In this document: one piece after another, positions 48,033 through 58,156 of the stretch
How the letters are laid out: each line of letters opens with the position of its first letter
Numbering within the stretch: position 1 is the first letter of the stretch
Origin: an uncultured Gammaproteobacteria bacterium
Lineage (GTDB): Bacteria > Patescibacteriota > Patescibacteriia > SBBC01 > CAIJZX01
Reading direction: 5' to 3'
Assembly: GCA_964397195.1 (NCBI GenBank)
Contig: CAYNGY010000001.1
Coordinates: 6,586-70,585, forward strand
DNA length: 64,000 nt
The notes under the pieces: generated by a model
Seen by the model: the letters and a program-made list of their open reading frames with translations, nothing else
Told to the model about the DNA's origin: nothing
The model's database searches: none
Position numbers and translations under genes: made by a program

Positions 48033-48108
48033 GGGCTGTTAGCTCATTTGGTAGAGCGCCGCGTTTGCAACGCGGAGGTGACCGGTTCGAGCCCGGTACA
48101 GTCCACCA
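48033..48108 (+). tRNA. tRNA-Ala (TGC)
   Basis: G3.U70 pair, loop TT-TGC-AA, CCA end. Confidence 0.96.
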
Positions 48109-48265
48109 AAAGTATATAATTCATCGCCTTGATCGAGGTCTCGACGCTTCGGTATAGAAACATCGAGATCATTTGGGTCGAGGCAACAAGAAACAGCAAC
48201 TGCTTGCTGTTTCGCGGGCCGAGACGGGCACGACGATGTTCCGCAAGGAACCGTCGCGCCCCGGA

Positions 48266-48366
48266 AGAGCGCCGCGTTTGCAACGCGGAGGTGACTGGGT
48301 CGAGCGAAGCGAGACGGGTCGCCAGTGGCGACCCCGGCCCATAGGGCGAGCCCGGTAGGTCCACCA
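48266..48366 (+). pseudogene. partial tRNA-Ala(TGC) copy with insertion in T-loop
   Basis: AGAGCGCCGCGTTTGCAACGCGGAGGTGAC identical to upstream tRNA; then ~46 nt insert; then CGAGCCCGGTAGGTCCACCA. Confidence 0.8.
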
Positions 48367-48487
48367 AACCGTAATCGACGCAAACTCACCTACACCTAAA
48401 ACAAGAACCGCTAATCCTAGCGGTTCGTGTGTGTTGGGTTTCGACGTGGCCCCCCCACTTTTTCAGTTGCCCCCGGGCAGGCCCGTC

Positions 48488-48838
48488 CTATTTTTCCTCC
48501 GCCACCCCAAGTTTCTTCATCACATCGCGGTTCAGATCCTCACGCCAGCTATCCTTGTATGATTTGGCGTTCCGTAGTAGTCCGTCCGCAAATGCGGCGA
48601 TATCCTTGCCGGTGATCTCGAGGACGCGTTTCCCGTCGGCCGCGCCCTCTTCAAAAAGACCGAGCAGTCCCTCGAGGACAACGATATTGTCCATGGCGTT
48701 CACCGCGGAAAACTTCCATGTATAAACCTTGATTTCATCGTAGACGATTTGGTAGTCGTTTGGCAGGGCGTGGGCGCGCGCTTCCATTTCACGCCAGGCT
48801 TTCTTATCGCCAATGATTTTCTTCAGAAAATTATTCAT
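48488..48838 (-). CDS. DUF1048-family protein
   Basis: KK.W...EARA.ALP.DY...Y.EI..Y.W, LFEE.AA.G..V.E.TG.D.AAF.D.L; follows padR. Confidence 0.88.
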   Translation of the reverse strand: MNNFLKKIIGDKKAWREMEARAHALPNDYQIVYDEIKVYTWKFSAVNAMDNIVVLEGLLGLFEEGAADGKRVLEITGKDIAAFADGLLRNAKSYKDSWREDLNRDVMKKLGVAEEK

Positions 48839-49166
48839 GCAATTTTTCCTTTATAAGATTCATTCGTGATGAGACAAACTTCCATTTTGCCCAAAAAGTT
48901 GTCAGCTCCTTGCGTCCCGCCTCGTTGAGGGTATAAAATTTGCGCGGCGGCCCCATTTCGGACGGTTTTTTCTCGATGTTGACGAGTCGATCGCCTTCGA
49001 GGCGCAGGAGAATGGTATACACCGTTCCCTCAACCACGTCGGTAAAACCGAGCTTGCGGAGGGACGAGGCTATCTCATAGCCGTACGTCTTCTTGTGGCT
49101 GATGATTTCAAGCACGCACCCTTCGAGCACGCCTTTTAACATCTCGGTCAGATTATCCACGGTCAT
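48831..49166 (-). CDS. PadR-family transcriptional regulator
   Basis: LKG.LE.CVL, YGYEI, EGTVY.IL.RLE, GPPRK.Y.L...G. Confidence 0.94.
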   Translation of the reverse strand: MTVDNLTEMLKGVLEGCVLEIISHKKTYGYEIASSLRKLGFTDVVEGTVYTILLRLEGDRLVNIEKKPSEMGPPRKFYTLNEAGRKELTTFWAKWKFVSSRMNLIKEKLHE

Positions 49167-49286
49167 TCTCCTTTCTGCTTAGCGGTATCTAGTAGGTAGT
49201 AATACATACTACCAGTACATAGTATCAGAGAGTAGTAAAACTGTCAAGGGGGTATAAAACAGGGCTAGGATTACGTCATTTGAGCC

Positions 49287-49523
49287 TCAAAAATGACGCG
49301 TGGCGAATGCCCGGCCCGATCCCGACTTCAAATACTTCTCAAATCGTGCGGCAATAAATTTGTTCGGGAATACGCAATACCATTGTAGCCGGAATGGCCG
49401 GTGTGGTTTTGTTATAAGGGAAAGTCCCGCGTGGTGTTGTTCAAGTCTTCGACGGAGATGATGCGTTAGCCCAACATAATGAAAATCACCCGCGACACTT
49501 TCGAGAATATAAACGTAATACAT
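49287..49523 (-). CDS. GIY-YIG nuclease family protein
   Basis: MYYVYIL.S, YVG.T..L.RRL.QH, A..FEKYLKSGSGR. Confidence 0.92.
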   Translation of the reverse strand: MYYVYILESVAGDFHYVGLTHHLRRRLEQHHAGLSLITKPHRPFRLQWYCVFPNKFIAARFEKYLKSGSGRAFATRHF

Positions 49524-49598
49524 AGCCGGTCTCATCGCCAGCCACATTTCTAAGATAATCGTTTACACGCCAAAGTCAAGCCGAGCTTGACGGCGGCG

Positions 49599-49673
49599 TG
49601 GTGACCCGCGGTGGACTCGAACCACCAACCCATTGCTTAAGAGGCAATTGCTCTACCATTGAGCTAGCGGGCC
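49599..49673 (-). tRNA. tRNA-Lys (CTT)
   Basis: cloverleaf, loop CT-CTT-AA, CCA end. Confidence 0.95.
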
Positions 49674-49719
49674 ACGAACTGAGGATGAATGCCTCGTCAT
49701 TTGAGGCGACAACCCCGCC

Positions 49720-49794
49720 TGGTGCCTGGGATCAGAATCGAACTGATGACGCCAGCCTCTTCAGGGCTGCGCTCTACCACTGAGCTACCCAGGC
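49720..49794 (-). tRNA. tRNA-Phe (GAA)
   Basis: cloverleaf, loop CT-GAA-GA, CCA end. Confidence 0.95.
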
Positions 49795-50034
49795 CCCAGG
49801 CGGGGCTACAAGACACCGGTGTGTCTTATGAAACGTTTGATTGTAAAAGATGGGCGGTGGCCTGTTGAACGATGATCGTGCTCACCAGTGAGTAATTCTT
49901 CCAAAGGCCACCGGTACGGAAAGCCCTCGCAGAATAGCCGAAAAACGGTTTTCAGGCAAGAGCCGTAAGGAAATAAAAGGCCCCGCAACGACCGAAGAGG
50001 TCGAGGCAGGGTTTTGGGCGGTGAGGACACCGCT

Positions 50035-50559
50035 TCATGGTGCTGGCGAGCGCGAGGCGCTTTGATACGTTCGGTTCTCGAGCACGAGTGGGTGCGTCGT
50101 GGCCACGCGTCCCGAAGGGTCGAGGGCGGTGATCAGACGCTGCTGATGATCGATCCCGCGAATGGTGAAGCTGTTCGGGACGATCTCGCCCGCCTCGTTC
50201 AGCGCTTCCGATATCAGAACGGTCGCGCGAGCGTAGCGCTTGGCGGCGACGAGCGTGTCCACCAGGGTGGCCGGGCAATAGTCGATGGGTACGGGGTCGC
50301 GACGCCGCCACGGATTCCGCGCGGTCTCGGGCATCAAGAATCCGAAGTTGCCCCAGTACAGCGAGTACTTTCCGCCATGCCACTCGGCATATCGCTCACA
50401 GGCGGCCCGGGCGAACTCCATGTTCGCGCGCGTCTGTGCGTCGCGGGCGAGGCTCTGACTCCGAACGAAGTTCGGAATGGCCATAGCGGCGAGACCGCTT
50501 ACGACCATCAGTACAACCATCAGCTCCTTGAGGGTCATGCCAGATTCGGAAGTGCGCAT
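50035..50559 (-). CDS. type IV pilin / pseudopilin-like protein
   Basis: prepilin motif SG|MTLKELMVV..V...LAA.AIPNF, ARDAQ; GAGGAG SD. Confidence 0.85.
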   Translation of the reverse strand: MRTSESGMTLKELMVVLMVVSGLAAMAIPNFVRSQSLARDAQTRANMEFARAACERYAEWHGGKYSLYWGNFGFLMPETARNPWRRRDPVPIDYCPATLVDTLVAAKRYARATVLISEALNEAGEIVPNSFTIRGIDHQQRLITALDPSGRVATTHPLVLENRTYQSASRSPAP

Positions 50560-50723
50560 CGAATAGCTCTCCTCGTAGGTGATGACGCGCGAGCGCCGGC
50601 GGGAATAGGGCAATCAGTTTCAGTCGTCGATACTCTCTACTTTTTTGGTGCGACTGTCAAGACAACCTTCCCTTTCGTTAAGGGCATGTAAAATTTCGAC
50701 TTTTTCAGTCACCCCAGTCACTA

Positions 50724-51101
50724 CTAACCCAAACGGCTGATACAGAGAGCTAATGCCGCGGCTATCAAAAAAAGTCCGGCCCGGACAATCCGCCACCGGC
50801 CGCGATTGAGCGTCCGAAAGTGACATGGGACCGGAATGAACCCCACCATCGCCAAGGCAAATGATCCGCCGGCTAGATCAAGTCGTTTCCAGCCGTCGCT
50901 GAGTAGGGAGATGCCGGTGCTGATATAGCCGAGCGTAATTGCCGTCCAACAGGCGAAACGCCATCCACGACGCCATGACCATCGCCCGCCGGCCCGAGTC
51001 TTGGCCATCCGCCACCAGTTGCGCGGGATGAACCAAATCCCAAACCCAAGCACAATCAGTCCGAGGAACCGCGGGACGATCGACGTCCAGAGCGTGTTCA
51101 T
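50724..51101 (-). CDS. hypothetical membrane protein
   Basis: 125 aa, several hydrophobic segments. Confidence 0.55.
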   Translation of the reverse strand: MNTLWTSIVPRFLGLIVLGFGIWFIPRNWWRMAKTRAGGRWSWRRGWRFACWTAITLGYISTGISLLSDGWKRLDLAGGSFALAMVGFIPVPCHFRTLNRGRWRIVRAGLFLIAAALALCISRLG

Positions 51102-51221
51102 GGTCGACCCTCGAGGTGATGGCGAGATAGACGCATCATGTTCTTAACGGTAGCAATTGCCAGACCAAATCGTCAATAAACCAAAAACGCTCCCGGTGGA
51201 GCGTTTAAGATATTTGGACTA

Positions 51222-51506
51222 TTACATCCCGAGTTTGAGCGCGTCCTTCAAAGACTTCCCGGCTTTGAATTTTGGCACCGTCACCGCTGGGATCTGAATC
51301 TTTTCTCCTGGCTTCTGTGGGTTGACGCCCATGCGCGCTTCGCGGCGCTTAGCCATGAATGTCCCGAAACCGGTCAGGGTGACTTCGCCGCCCTCTTTCA
51401 GAGTAGTGGTGACCACTTCCTCATAGGCGTTGAGCATGTCTTCGGCTTGTTTCTTCGTGACGCCGATTTTTTCGGCGATCTTATCTGCGAGTTCTACTTT
51501 GTTCAT
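51222..51506 (-). CDS. hup: DNA-binding protein HU
   Basis: MNK.EL, V.L.GFGTF, R.AR.G.NPQ, PKFKAGK.LKD. Confidence 0.97.
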   Translation of the reverse strand: MNKVELADKIAEKIGVTKKQAEDMLNAYEEVVTTTLKEGGEVTLTGFGTFMAKRREARMGVNPQKPGEKIQIPAVTVPKFKAGKSLKDALKLGM

Positions 51507-51543
51507 ATGCTCACCCCCTCTCGATGTTGATCGTGATAATGAA

Positions 51544-52356
51544 TTAAACTTCAACCTGTCGTTGGATGCGTGCGATGCGCGTTGTTCGGCCATTGGCGAC
51601 CTCGAGTGCGACGGCGTTGAAGTCGACGAGGCCATGATCCGGGATCTCCCATGCGCCACCAGTTCCGGTTAGAAACTTTGCCAGCGGCTTGTGCCAGTCG
51701 ACCCCGAGCGATGAATCGCGGAGACCGACCATCCCGGCATCGGTAATGTATCCGGTCCCGTTCGGGAGAATGCGTTCATCGGCGGTCGGGATATGGGTAT
51801 GCGTGCCGATGACGGCGGTGACTTTACCGTCGAGGAGCCAACCCATGCCGACTTTCTCGCTGGTGATTTCCGCATGGAAATCGACAATCGTTGCGTCCGC
51901 GGTCGGCAACCCTTCGTTCAGGAGATTCTCCATCATCGGGAACGGATTGATCATCGGTTCCTGTTCAGCCCGATCGATGGTTGAATAGTGCATCCCTAAT
52001 TCGCCCAGCAAGTTTATCACGGTTATCCGTTTTTGGCTAACCGTAAAGGTTTTTATGCCTTGACCGGGATACTCGATCGGCAAATTGTACGGACGAACGA
52101 GCGGGTTCGACGGGTCGCGGTAGATCTCCGCCGCCTCCGGTTTGGCGAAGGTATGGTTCCCGCCGGTACCAATATCGACGCCGGCCGCCAGAATTTCTTG
52201 CAAGGTCGATCGGCTCATGCTTTTGCCGTGGGCGAGGTTCTCACAGTTGGCAATCACCACATCAATCGCAAACTCTTTCCGCAACTCCGGCAGGAGTTTT
52301 GTTACGGCCTTACGACCGGGCTTCCCGACGATATCGCTGATAAAGAGAATGACCAT
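51544..52356 (-). CDS. ymdB: YmdB-like metallophosphoesterase (TIGR00282)
   Basis: DIVG.PGR, N.EN.AHG, GNH, DFHAE.TSEK, GTHTH.PTAD, TD.GM.G; follows rny. Confidence 0.93.
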   Translation of the reverse strand: MVILFISDIVGKPGRKAVTKLLPELRKEFAIDVVIANCENLAHGKSMSRSTLQEILAAGVDIGTGGNHTFAKPEAAEIYRDPSNPLVRPYNLPIEYPGQGIKTFTVSQKRITVINLLGELGMHYSTIDRAEQEPMINPFPMMENLLNEGLPTADATIVDFHAEITSEKVGMGWLLDGKVTAVIGTHTHIPTADERILPNGTGYITDAGMVGLRDSSLGVDWHKPLAKFLTGTGGAWEIPDHGLVDFNAVALEVANGRTTRIARIQRQVEV

Positions 52357-52365
52357 GGTGATGCC

Positions 52366-53895
52366 TTAGCGCGCGTATTCAATAATGCGCTTTTCGCGGA
52401 CAACCGTGACTTTAATTTCACCCGGATATTGGAGTTCGGTCTCGATTTTCTTGGCCATGTCGGCCGCGAGTTTCGTGGCGCTATAGTCGTCGATTTCTTC
52501 CGGTCGAACAAAGACACGGATTTCACGGCCAGCCTGAATGGCGAAAGCGCGATCAATGCCCGGGAACGACTTGGCGAGTGTTTCGAGCTCTTCTAAGCGC
52601 TGGACATAGTTTTCGTACGTCCCTTTGCGGGCACCCGGACGAGCACCGGACAATGCATCCGCCACTTTGACCAGGGCCGCTTCAAGCGTCTTCGGGTGTT
52701 CTTCATGATGGCCGAGGGCGTTATAGGCCACTTCTTCCGGGAGGTTGTACTTCTTCATGATCTCGTACCCGATTTGCGGGTGACCGCCTTGGACTTCGTG
52801 GTCGAGAGCCTTCCCGATGTCATGCAAGAGACCGCCCTTCTTACACACGGCGACGTTCGCGCCGAGTTCTTCGGCCAGGAGTCCGGCCAGGAGTCCGACT
52901 TCAACGCTGTGGCGCAGTTGGTTCTGCCCGTAACTCGTGCGGTATTTCAGTCGGCCTAAGATTTGCACCAACCGCGGATCGAGTCCGGCGACACCAACTT
53001 CATACGCCGCTTCTTCACCGGCCTTTTTCATGTCGGTCGCCATTTCTTTTTTGACCTGCTCAACCGTATCTTCGATGCGGCCGGGGTGGATGCGTCCATC
53101 GGACATCAGTTTCTCGAGCACGCGTTTGGCGAGGTGGCGACGGATACCGTTGAATCCGGAAATCACAATTGACTCCGGCGTATCATCAACGACAATTTCA
53201 ATACCGGTTAAGGCCTCAAGCGCTTTAATGTTCCGGCCTTCTTTCCCGATGATCCGGCCTTTCATTTCTTCATTCGGCAAATCGACAATTGTCGTCGAGC
53301 TTTCGGTCGACTGAGACGAGGCCACGCGTTGCATGGCGGTAGCAATGATATTCTTGGCTTCACGTTCAACTTCATCATCAGCCACGGCCTGAACCTTCCG
53401 GACTCGGGCCAAGAGCTCGTCTTTCATGCGCAATTCCGTGTTGTCGACGAGGATACGTTTCGCATCTTCGGCGCTCAATTCGGCAATCCGCTCAAGTTTT
53501 GCCATCTGCTCCTCACGGATTTTCGCGACTTCAACTTTCGTCGCCTCGAGCTGGGTGGCGCGCGTCTCGGCTTCTTGTTTCTGCTTTTCGAGGTCGATCA
53601 GTTTCTGATCAAACATCGCCTCGCGTTTCTCGAGACGTTCTTGAACATGCTGAACTTCGCGGCGGCGCGCCTCTTCCTCTTTTTTCGCTTCGTCGAGAAT
53701 CCGAATCGCCTGATCCTTGGCTTTGATCAGGAGTTCTCGTTCTTTCGACTTGGCCTCATCGACGATGGTCTGGGCTTTCGCCTCGGCCGACTGCGCCTCA
53801 CGAACGGCCCATGTCCGACGAAGAAAGTACCCGGCGATGATTCCGCCCGGAATTCCCACGAGTGCAATTAAGGCCCAAAGTGTTGCTGGTGACAT
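52366..53895 (-). CDS. rny: ribonuclease Y
   Basis: N-terminal TM + coiled coil, KH (KGRIIGKEGRNI), HD (LLHDIGK), SGARPGAR. Confidence 0.97.
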   Translation of the reverse strand: MSPATLWALIALVGIPGGIIAGYFLRRTWAVREAQSAEAKAQTIVDEAKSKERELLIKAKDQAIRILDEAKKEEEARRREVQHVQERLEKREAMFDQKLIDLEKQKQEAETRATQLEATKVEVAKIREEQMAKLERIAELSAEDAKRILVDNTELRMKDELLARVRKVQAVADDEVEREAKNIIATAMQRVASSQSTESSTTIVDLPNEEMKGRIIGKEGRNIKALEALTGIEIVVDDTPESIVISGFNGIRRHLAKRVLEKLMSDGRIHPGRIEDTVEQVKKEMATDMKKAGEEAAYEVGVAGLDPRLVQILGRLKYRTSYGQNQLRHSVEVGLLAGLLAEELGANVAVCKKGGLLHDIGKALDHEVQGGHPQIGYEIMKKYNLPEEVAYNALGHHEEHPKTLEAALVKVADALSGARPGARKGTYENYVQRLEELETLAKSFPGIDRAFAIQAGREIRVFVRPEEIDDYSATKLAADMAKKIETELQYPGEIKVTVVREKRIIEYAR

Positions 53896-54158
53896 ACTGC
53901 AAAGACTCCAATCCGACCATTCGGCTGGAAACAGAGCCGCGCAAAAGCGATCGTGGTGACACGAGGGCGATACGAGATGCGGTCTGCAGCGTCATGCGAA
54001 TAAAGTCGGAGAAATGAATGATTGACGCTGATGAGGCTATCACGAAAGGCGCTTTTTTGCAAGAGTTAGCGGAAAATCGGCCTTTTTCCCTCTATCTTCT
54101 GACTGAGAAAAACTGAAGCCCTCGACCGTGACCGGCCGAGGGCTGGATGAGAATGGTG

Positions 54159-54761
54159 TTACTTCTTGGTAATTACCGAATCGATCAGGCCGTACTTCTT
54201 TGCATCCAACGGGTCAAAGTAGAAGTCGCGGTCGGTGTCACGCTCGATGGTTTTGAGCGGTTGCCCGGTATGCTTGGCGAGGATTTGATTTAAGCGGTCA
54301 CGAATCTTGAGGATGTGTTCAGCCCGAATCTTAATGTCCGAGGCCTGACCTTCGGCACCGCCCATCACTTGGTGAATCATGATTTCCGCATTCGGCAGGG
54401 CGAATCGTTTCCCCTTCGCGCCCGCGGCGAGTAAAATCGCGGCCATCGACGCGGCCATGCCAACACAAATAGTCTGGACCGCCGGTTTGACGTACTGCAT
54501 GGTGTCGTAGATGGCAAGTCCAGCGGTTACCGATCCGCCCGGGGAGTTGATATAAATCTTGATATCTTTCTTCTCGTCTTCGCTAGCGAGGAACAGAAGC
54601 TGGGCGATAATGATATTCGCCATGTGATCGTCAATCGCATCGCCGATAAAGATAACCCGATCCTTCAAAAGGCGGGAATAGATATCGAAGGCGCGCTCGC
54701 CGTACGATGTCTTTTCAATGACGGTTGGGATGAGGAATTGATCGTGAGGGGCTTTGTTCAT
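54159..54761 (-). CDS. clpP: ATP-dependent Clp protease proteolytic subunit
   Basis: DIYSRLL.DR, YINSPGG, G.AASM, IMIHQ, DTDRD. Confidence 0.98.
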   Translation of the reverse strand: MNKAPHDQFLIPTVIEKTSYGERAFDIYSRLLKDRVIFIGDAIDDHMANIIIAQLLFLASEDEKKDIKIYINSPGGSVTAGLAIYDTMQYVKPAVQTICVGMAASMAAILLAAGAKGKRFALPNAEIMIHQVMGGAEGQASDIKIRAEHILKIRDRLNQILAKHTGQPLKTIERDTDRDFYFDPLDAKKYGLIDSVITKK

Positions 54762-54795
54762 ATGAGGCGAGGGTAACAAAAAAAGAGTTGTTTGC

Positions 54796-55800
54796 CTAGA
54801 TGGTTGATTCAGAGTTTTTCTCCACCTGCCACCCGAGACCCGTTTCCACGAGTTTTCCTTTGACCCGGAATCCAGCCGCCTTCGCATGACCGCCGCCACC
54901 AAACTTCTTGGCCATGTCGGCGACGTTGACCTCCGATGTGGTACGGAAACTTCCTTTGACGAATCCGCCGACATCTTCTTTCAAGACGAGCGCAATTTTC
55001 CCTTCCGACAGTGTATTCATAAAATTCGCAATCCCTTCGGCCGCATCATCGGTCACGCCGCATTCTTCGTAATCCTTGAGGGTGATAACAGTTGAAACAA
55101 CGCCTGAGTGTTGGTTGTAGGCGATGCGAGATAACGCCCGGCCCCAGAGCTTAAGGGTCCCGAGCGATTTGTTCCGCATCGTCGCGGTCGTAATCGTGCG
55201 GTGATCTGCGCCCCGGGCCATGAGTGTCGCGGCCGCGGCAATAACGCGTTCGGTGGTGTTCGGGTGCGCGAAATGGCCGGTGTCGGTCAGGATGCCGGTC
55301 AGCAGGGCCGTCGCGGTCGGCGCTTGGATTGGCCAGTGTAGCTCCGCGCAAATATGGGTAATCATTTCCGTCGTCGAGGCCGCCGCCGTGTCGACAATGT
55401 TGAGGTCAACAATCGACGAGCCTTGGTGTGTTGTGGTCGTGGGGTGGTGGTCGATATTAATGACGAACGTCTTTTCCGGGTCGCGCTTCGCGAGCTCTTC
55501 GACGAGCGGTGTCCGTCGCACATCGCCAGTGTCAAACAGAATGACGATCGAAAACTCGTGGACCGAATCATCGAGTTCACGCATGACGTGGCGTCGTTTG
55601 GTCAAATACTCAAACATCGCCGGAACATCTTCCGGAACATAGGCAAACCACGACTTCTGGTGATGGTCAAGCAGGTGCCCGAGCGCAACAAGTGATCCGA
55701 GGCTGTCACCATCGACACCAGTGGTATTGGTCAGCAAGATGCGTCCCGGACGCTCGAGGGCGCGCTGTAATTGTTGGGCGAATTGGTGGTAAGAAGTCAT
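54796..55800 (-). CDS. nrnA: DHH-family phosphoesterase (NrnA-like)
   Basis: [29 protein letters not shown]; follows rbfA. Confidence 0.9.
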   Translation of the reverse strand: MTSYHQFAQQLQRALERPGRILLTNTTGVDGDSLGSLVALGHLLDHHQKSWFAYVPEDVPAMFEYLTKRRHVMRELDDSVHEFSIVILFDTGDVRRTPLVEELAKRDPEKTFVINIDHHPTTTTHQGSSIVDLNIVDTAAASTTEMITHICAELHWPIQAPTATALLTGILTDTGHFAHPNTTERVIAAAATLMARGADHRTITTATMRNKSLGTLKLWGRALSRIAYNQHSGVVSTVITLKDYEECGVTDDAAEGIANFMNTLSEGKIALVLKEDVGGFVKGSFRTTSEVNVADMAKKFGGGGHAKAAGFRVKGKLVETGLGWQVEKNSESTI

Positions 55801-55865
55801 AGAATAACGGCTGAACCTACCAAAATCCGACCGGCGTGTCAAGCGGCCGTGCGTGACTCATCAGA

Positions 55866-56291
55866 CTAGACTACCTGTTCCGGCGGCAGCAGGCCGTTTT
55901 TCGGGACTGGGGTGAGGGTCGGATCCTGGGCGACAGCGTCGAGGAGGGCGTTCAATGAGGCGACGGATTCCTCGGTGTGATCAAGAGCAAAGATGAGCTT
56001 TGGAACGAACTTCATGTGCAGGCGCTTATTGAGGATGCTTTGCAAGTGGGCGATGCGTTTATTGACCAGTTCAAAAGCCGCTTGGCTCTGTTCGTCAGGA
56101 AAAATCGACAACAACACGCGGGCGCTTTCGGCGTCTGGGGCGACTTCGGCGCGACTGACGGTCAAAAAGACGCCGTCCGGAAGTTCAATCTCTTTTAGGA
56201 TGAGCTCCGCGACCTCGCGTTGGATCAAGACGTTAAGCTGCTGAATACGCTGGCTCGGACCGTCGGTGGATTGAGGGGTGTTCTCGCTCAT
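55866..56291 (-). CDS. rbfA: ribosome-binding factor A
   Basis: RI.......QRE.A, TV..AEV.PD...A.V, P.L.F..D; follows infB. Confidence 0.9.
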   Translation of the reverse strand: MSENTPQSTDGPSQRIQQLNVLIQREVAELILKEIELPDGVFLTVSRAEVAPDAESARVLLSIFPDEQSQAAFELVNKRIAHLQSILNKRLHMKFVPKLIFALDHTEESVASLNALLDAVAQDPTLTPVPKNGLLPPEQVV

Positions 56292-56305
56292 GGGTGTCAG
56301 GAAAA

Positions 56306-58096
56306 CTAGGCCGGATCGGTCAGGGTCCGTTGTCGATATTCGGTGACGGAGAGAATGACGCTGTCACCGGCAATCGCCTCGGTAATCCCCTCGAGCTTCA
56401 TGCCACACTCATTTCCCTCGCTCACTTCTTTGACATTCTGCTTGTTGCTTTGGAGCTGGCCGATGCGCCCACGGGCGATGACGACGCCTTTTCGCTCAAT
56501 GCGAGCATCGCTTCCCTGCACCATCTTTCCGGTCAGCACCTTACCGCCGACAACCTCAAAGGAGTGTTCATGTCGGAAGACAGCTAACAAATTGAGCGTT
56601 CCGATGTCGCGAATTTCGGCTTTTGGTTTCAACATGGCCGTCAACTTCGTCGTCACCGAATCAACGAGCTGGTAGATAATATCGTAGGTCTCGATGGTAA
56701 TGCCCTTACTCCGAGCAAGTTGTTCGGCCTTTGGTGAGAGCAATACGTTAAACCCGAGGAGAATGGCGTGCGCAGATTCCGCCCGGAGCACGTCGGCTTC
56801 GGAAACAATGCCGAGTCCGCGCTGGACGATCTCAACCGCAACTTCCGGATGCTGAATCTTTTTCAACAGTTCAAGAATTGCTTCGGCTGACCCGAGTGTA
56901 TCGGTCTTGAGAATAACAAATAACTTCTGCACTTCCGGCGCATCCTCACCCTCGGCGGCATCGCCGTGGGCGGAAACGGAACGCTTCCCAACGACCGAGG
57001 TTGTATGGAGCCCGAGTTGATGCGACTTCACTTTCTTTTTCAAAATTTGGGCGGCATCCGCATCAACATGGAACACATCGCCGATTTGCGGGGCGGCCTT
57101 GAGTCCGAGAATCTGGACGGCGGTTGACGGCGGGGCAGTCTTAATGAGTTCGCCGCGATCATTTTTCATCGAGCGAACCTTCCCCCAGACCTGTCCAACG
57201 ACAATTTCGTCCCCGGCGCGGAGCGTGCCGGTTTGGACGAGCGCTGAGCACAGCGGCCCTTGTTTCGGATCGACATGTGACTCAATAATCGTCCCAACCG
57301 CCGGGCGTTTCGGGTTGACCATCAGCTTCGACGCATCAATATCGGCTAGCAATAGCACGGATTCAAGGAGTTCTGGAATACCGTGTCCGGTTTTTGCCGA
57401 GACTTGCACGAACGGAACTTTCCCGCCGTACTCTTCGGCCAGAACCTCTTTTTCGGCCAGTTCTTTTTTAACGCGTTCCGGATTCGCTTCCGGCTTATCA
57501 ATTTTAGTCAGCGCAATCAGATACGGCAACTTCGCATCGAGAATCATCTTGAGCGACTCGTGGGTCTGCGGTTTCATGCCCTCTTCTGAGGCGACCACCA
57601 GGATCGCCACGTCCGCAATCGTCGCACCGCGGGCTCGCATTCGGGTGAACGCTTCGTGACCAGGAGTATCGATGAAGGTGATTAGGCGATCATGGGTGTT
57701 CACCTGATACGCTCCAATCGACTGCGTAATACCTCCGGCTTCACCAGCCGTGACGTGCGTTTTACGAATCGCATCAAGTAAGGATGTCTTCCCATGGTCA
57801 ACGTGACCCATCACAACCACGACCGGTGGCCGGGCGGTCAATGTCGCGGTCGGATCTTCGGCGAATGGATTCTCCGCGGCGGCCGCGGGCGTCTCCGCGA
57901 TGTCGGCGGACTCCATCTCAACCGATTGCCCTAAATCAGTGGCGATGATCGCCGCCGTGTCGAAATCAATCTCTTGGTTGACCGAGGCCATCACCCCGTT
58001 TTTCAGAAGCTCAGCCACCACAACCGTGACCGAAAGCCCAAGCTTCTCAGCCAGGTCGCGAACAATGATTGTGGGTGGGATGGTGATAGCGGCCAT
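56306..58096 (-). CDS. infB: translation initiation factor IF-2 (short form)
   Basis: RPPVVVVMGHVDHGKTSLLD, GGITQ, DTPGHEAF..MR.RG. Confidence 0.98.
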   Translation of the reverse strand: MAAITIPPTIIVRDLAEKLGLSVTVVVAELLKNGVMASVNQEIDFDTAAIIATDLGQSVEMESADIAETPAAAAENPFAEDPTATLTARPPVVVVMGHVDHGKTSLLDAIRKTHVTAGEAGGITQSIGAYQVNTHDRLITFIDTPGHEAFTRMRARGATIADVAILVVASEEGMKPQTHESLKMILDAKLPYLIALTKIDKPEANPERVKKELAEKEVLAEEYGGKVPFVQVSAKTGHGIPELLESVLLLADIDASKLMVNPKRPAVGTIIESHVDPKQGPLCSALVQTGTLRAGDEIVVGQVWGKVRSMKNDRGELIKTAPPSTAVQILGLKAAPQIGDVFHVDADAAQILKKKVKSHQLGLHTTSVVGKRSVSAHGDAAEGEDAPEVQKLFVILKTDTLGSAEAILELLKKIQHPEVAVEIVQRGLGIVSEADVLRAESAHAILLGFNVLLSPKAEQLARSKGITIETYDIIYQLVDSVTTKLTAMLKPKAEIRDIGTLNLLAVFRHEHSFEVVGGKVLTGKMVQGSDARIERKGVVIARGRIGQLQSNKQNVKEVSEGNECGMKLEGITEAIAGDSVILSVTEYRQRTLTDPA

Positions 58097-58156
58097 TAGA
58101 GACAATAAATCGCCGAGAGTATACGAAAAATACCCTCTGTTGTCAACTGTGCTCTG

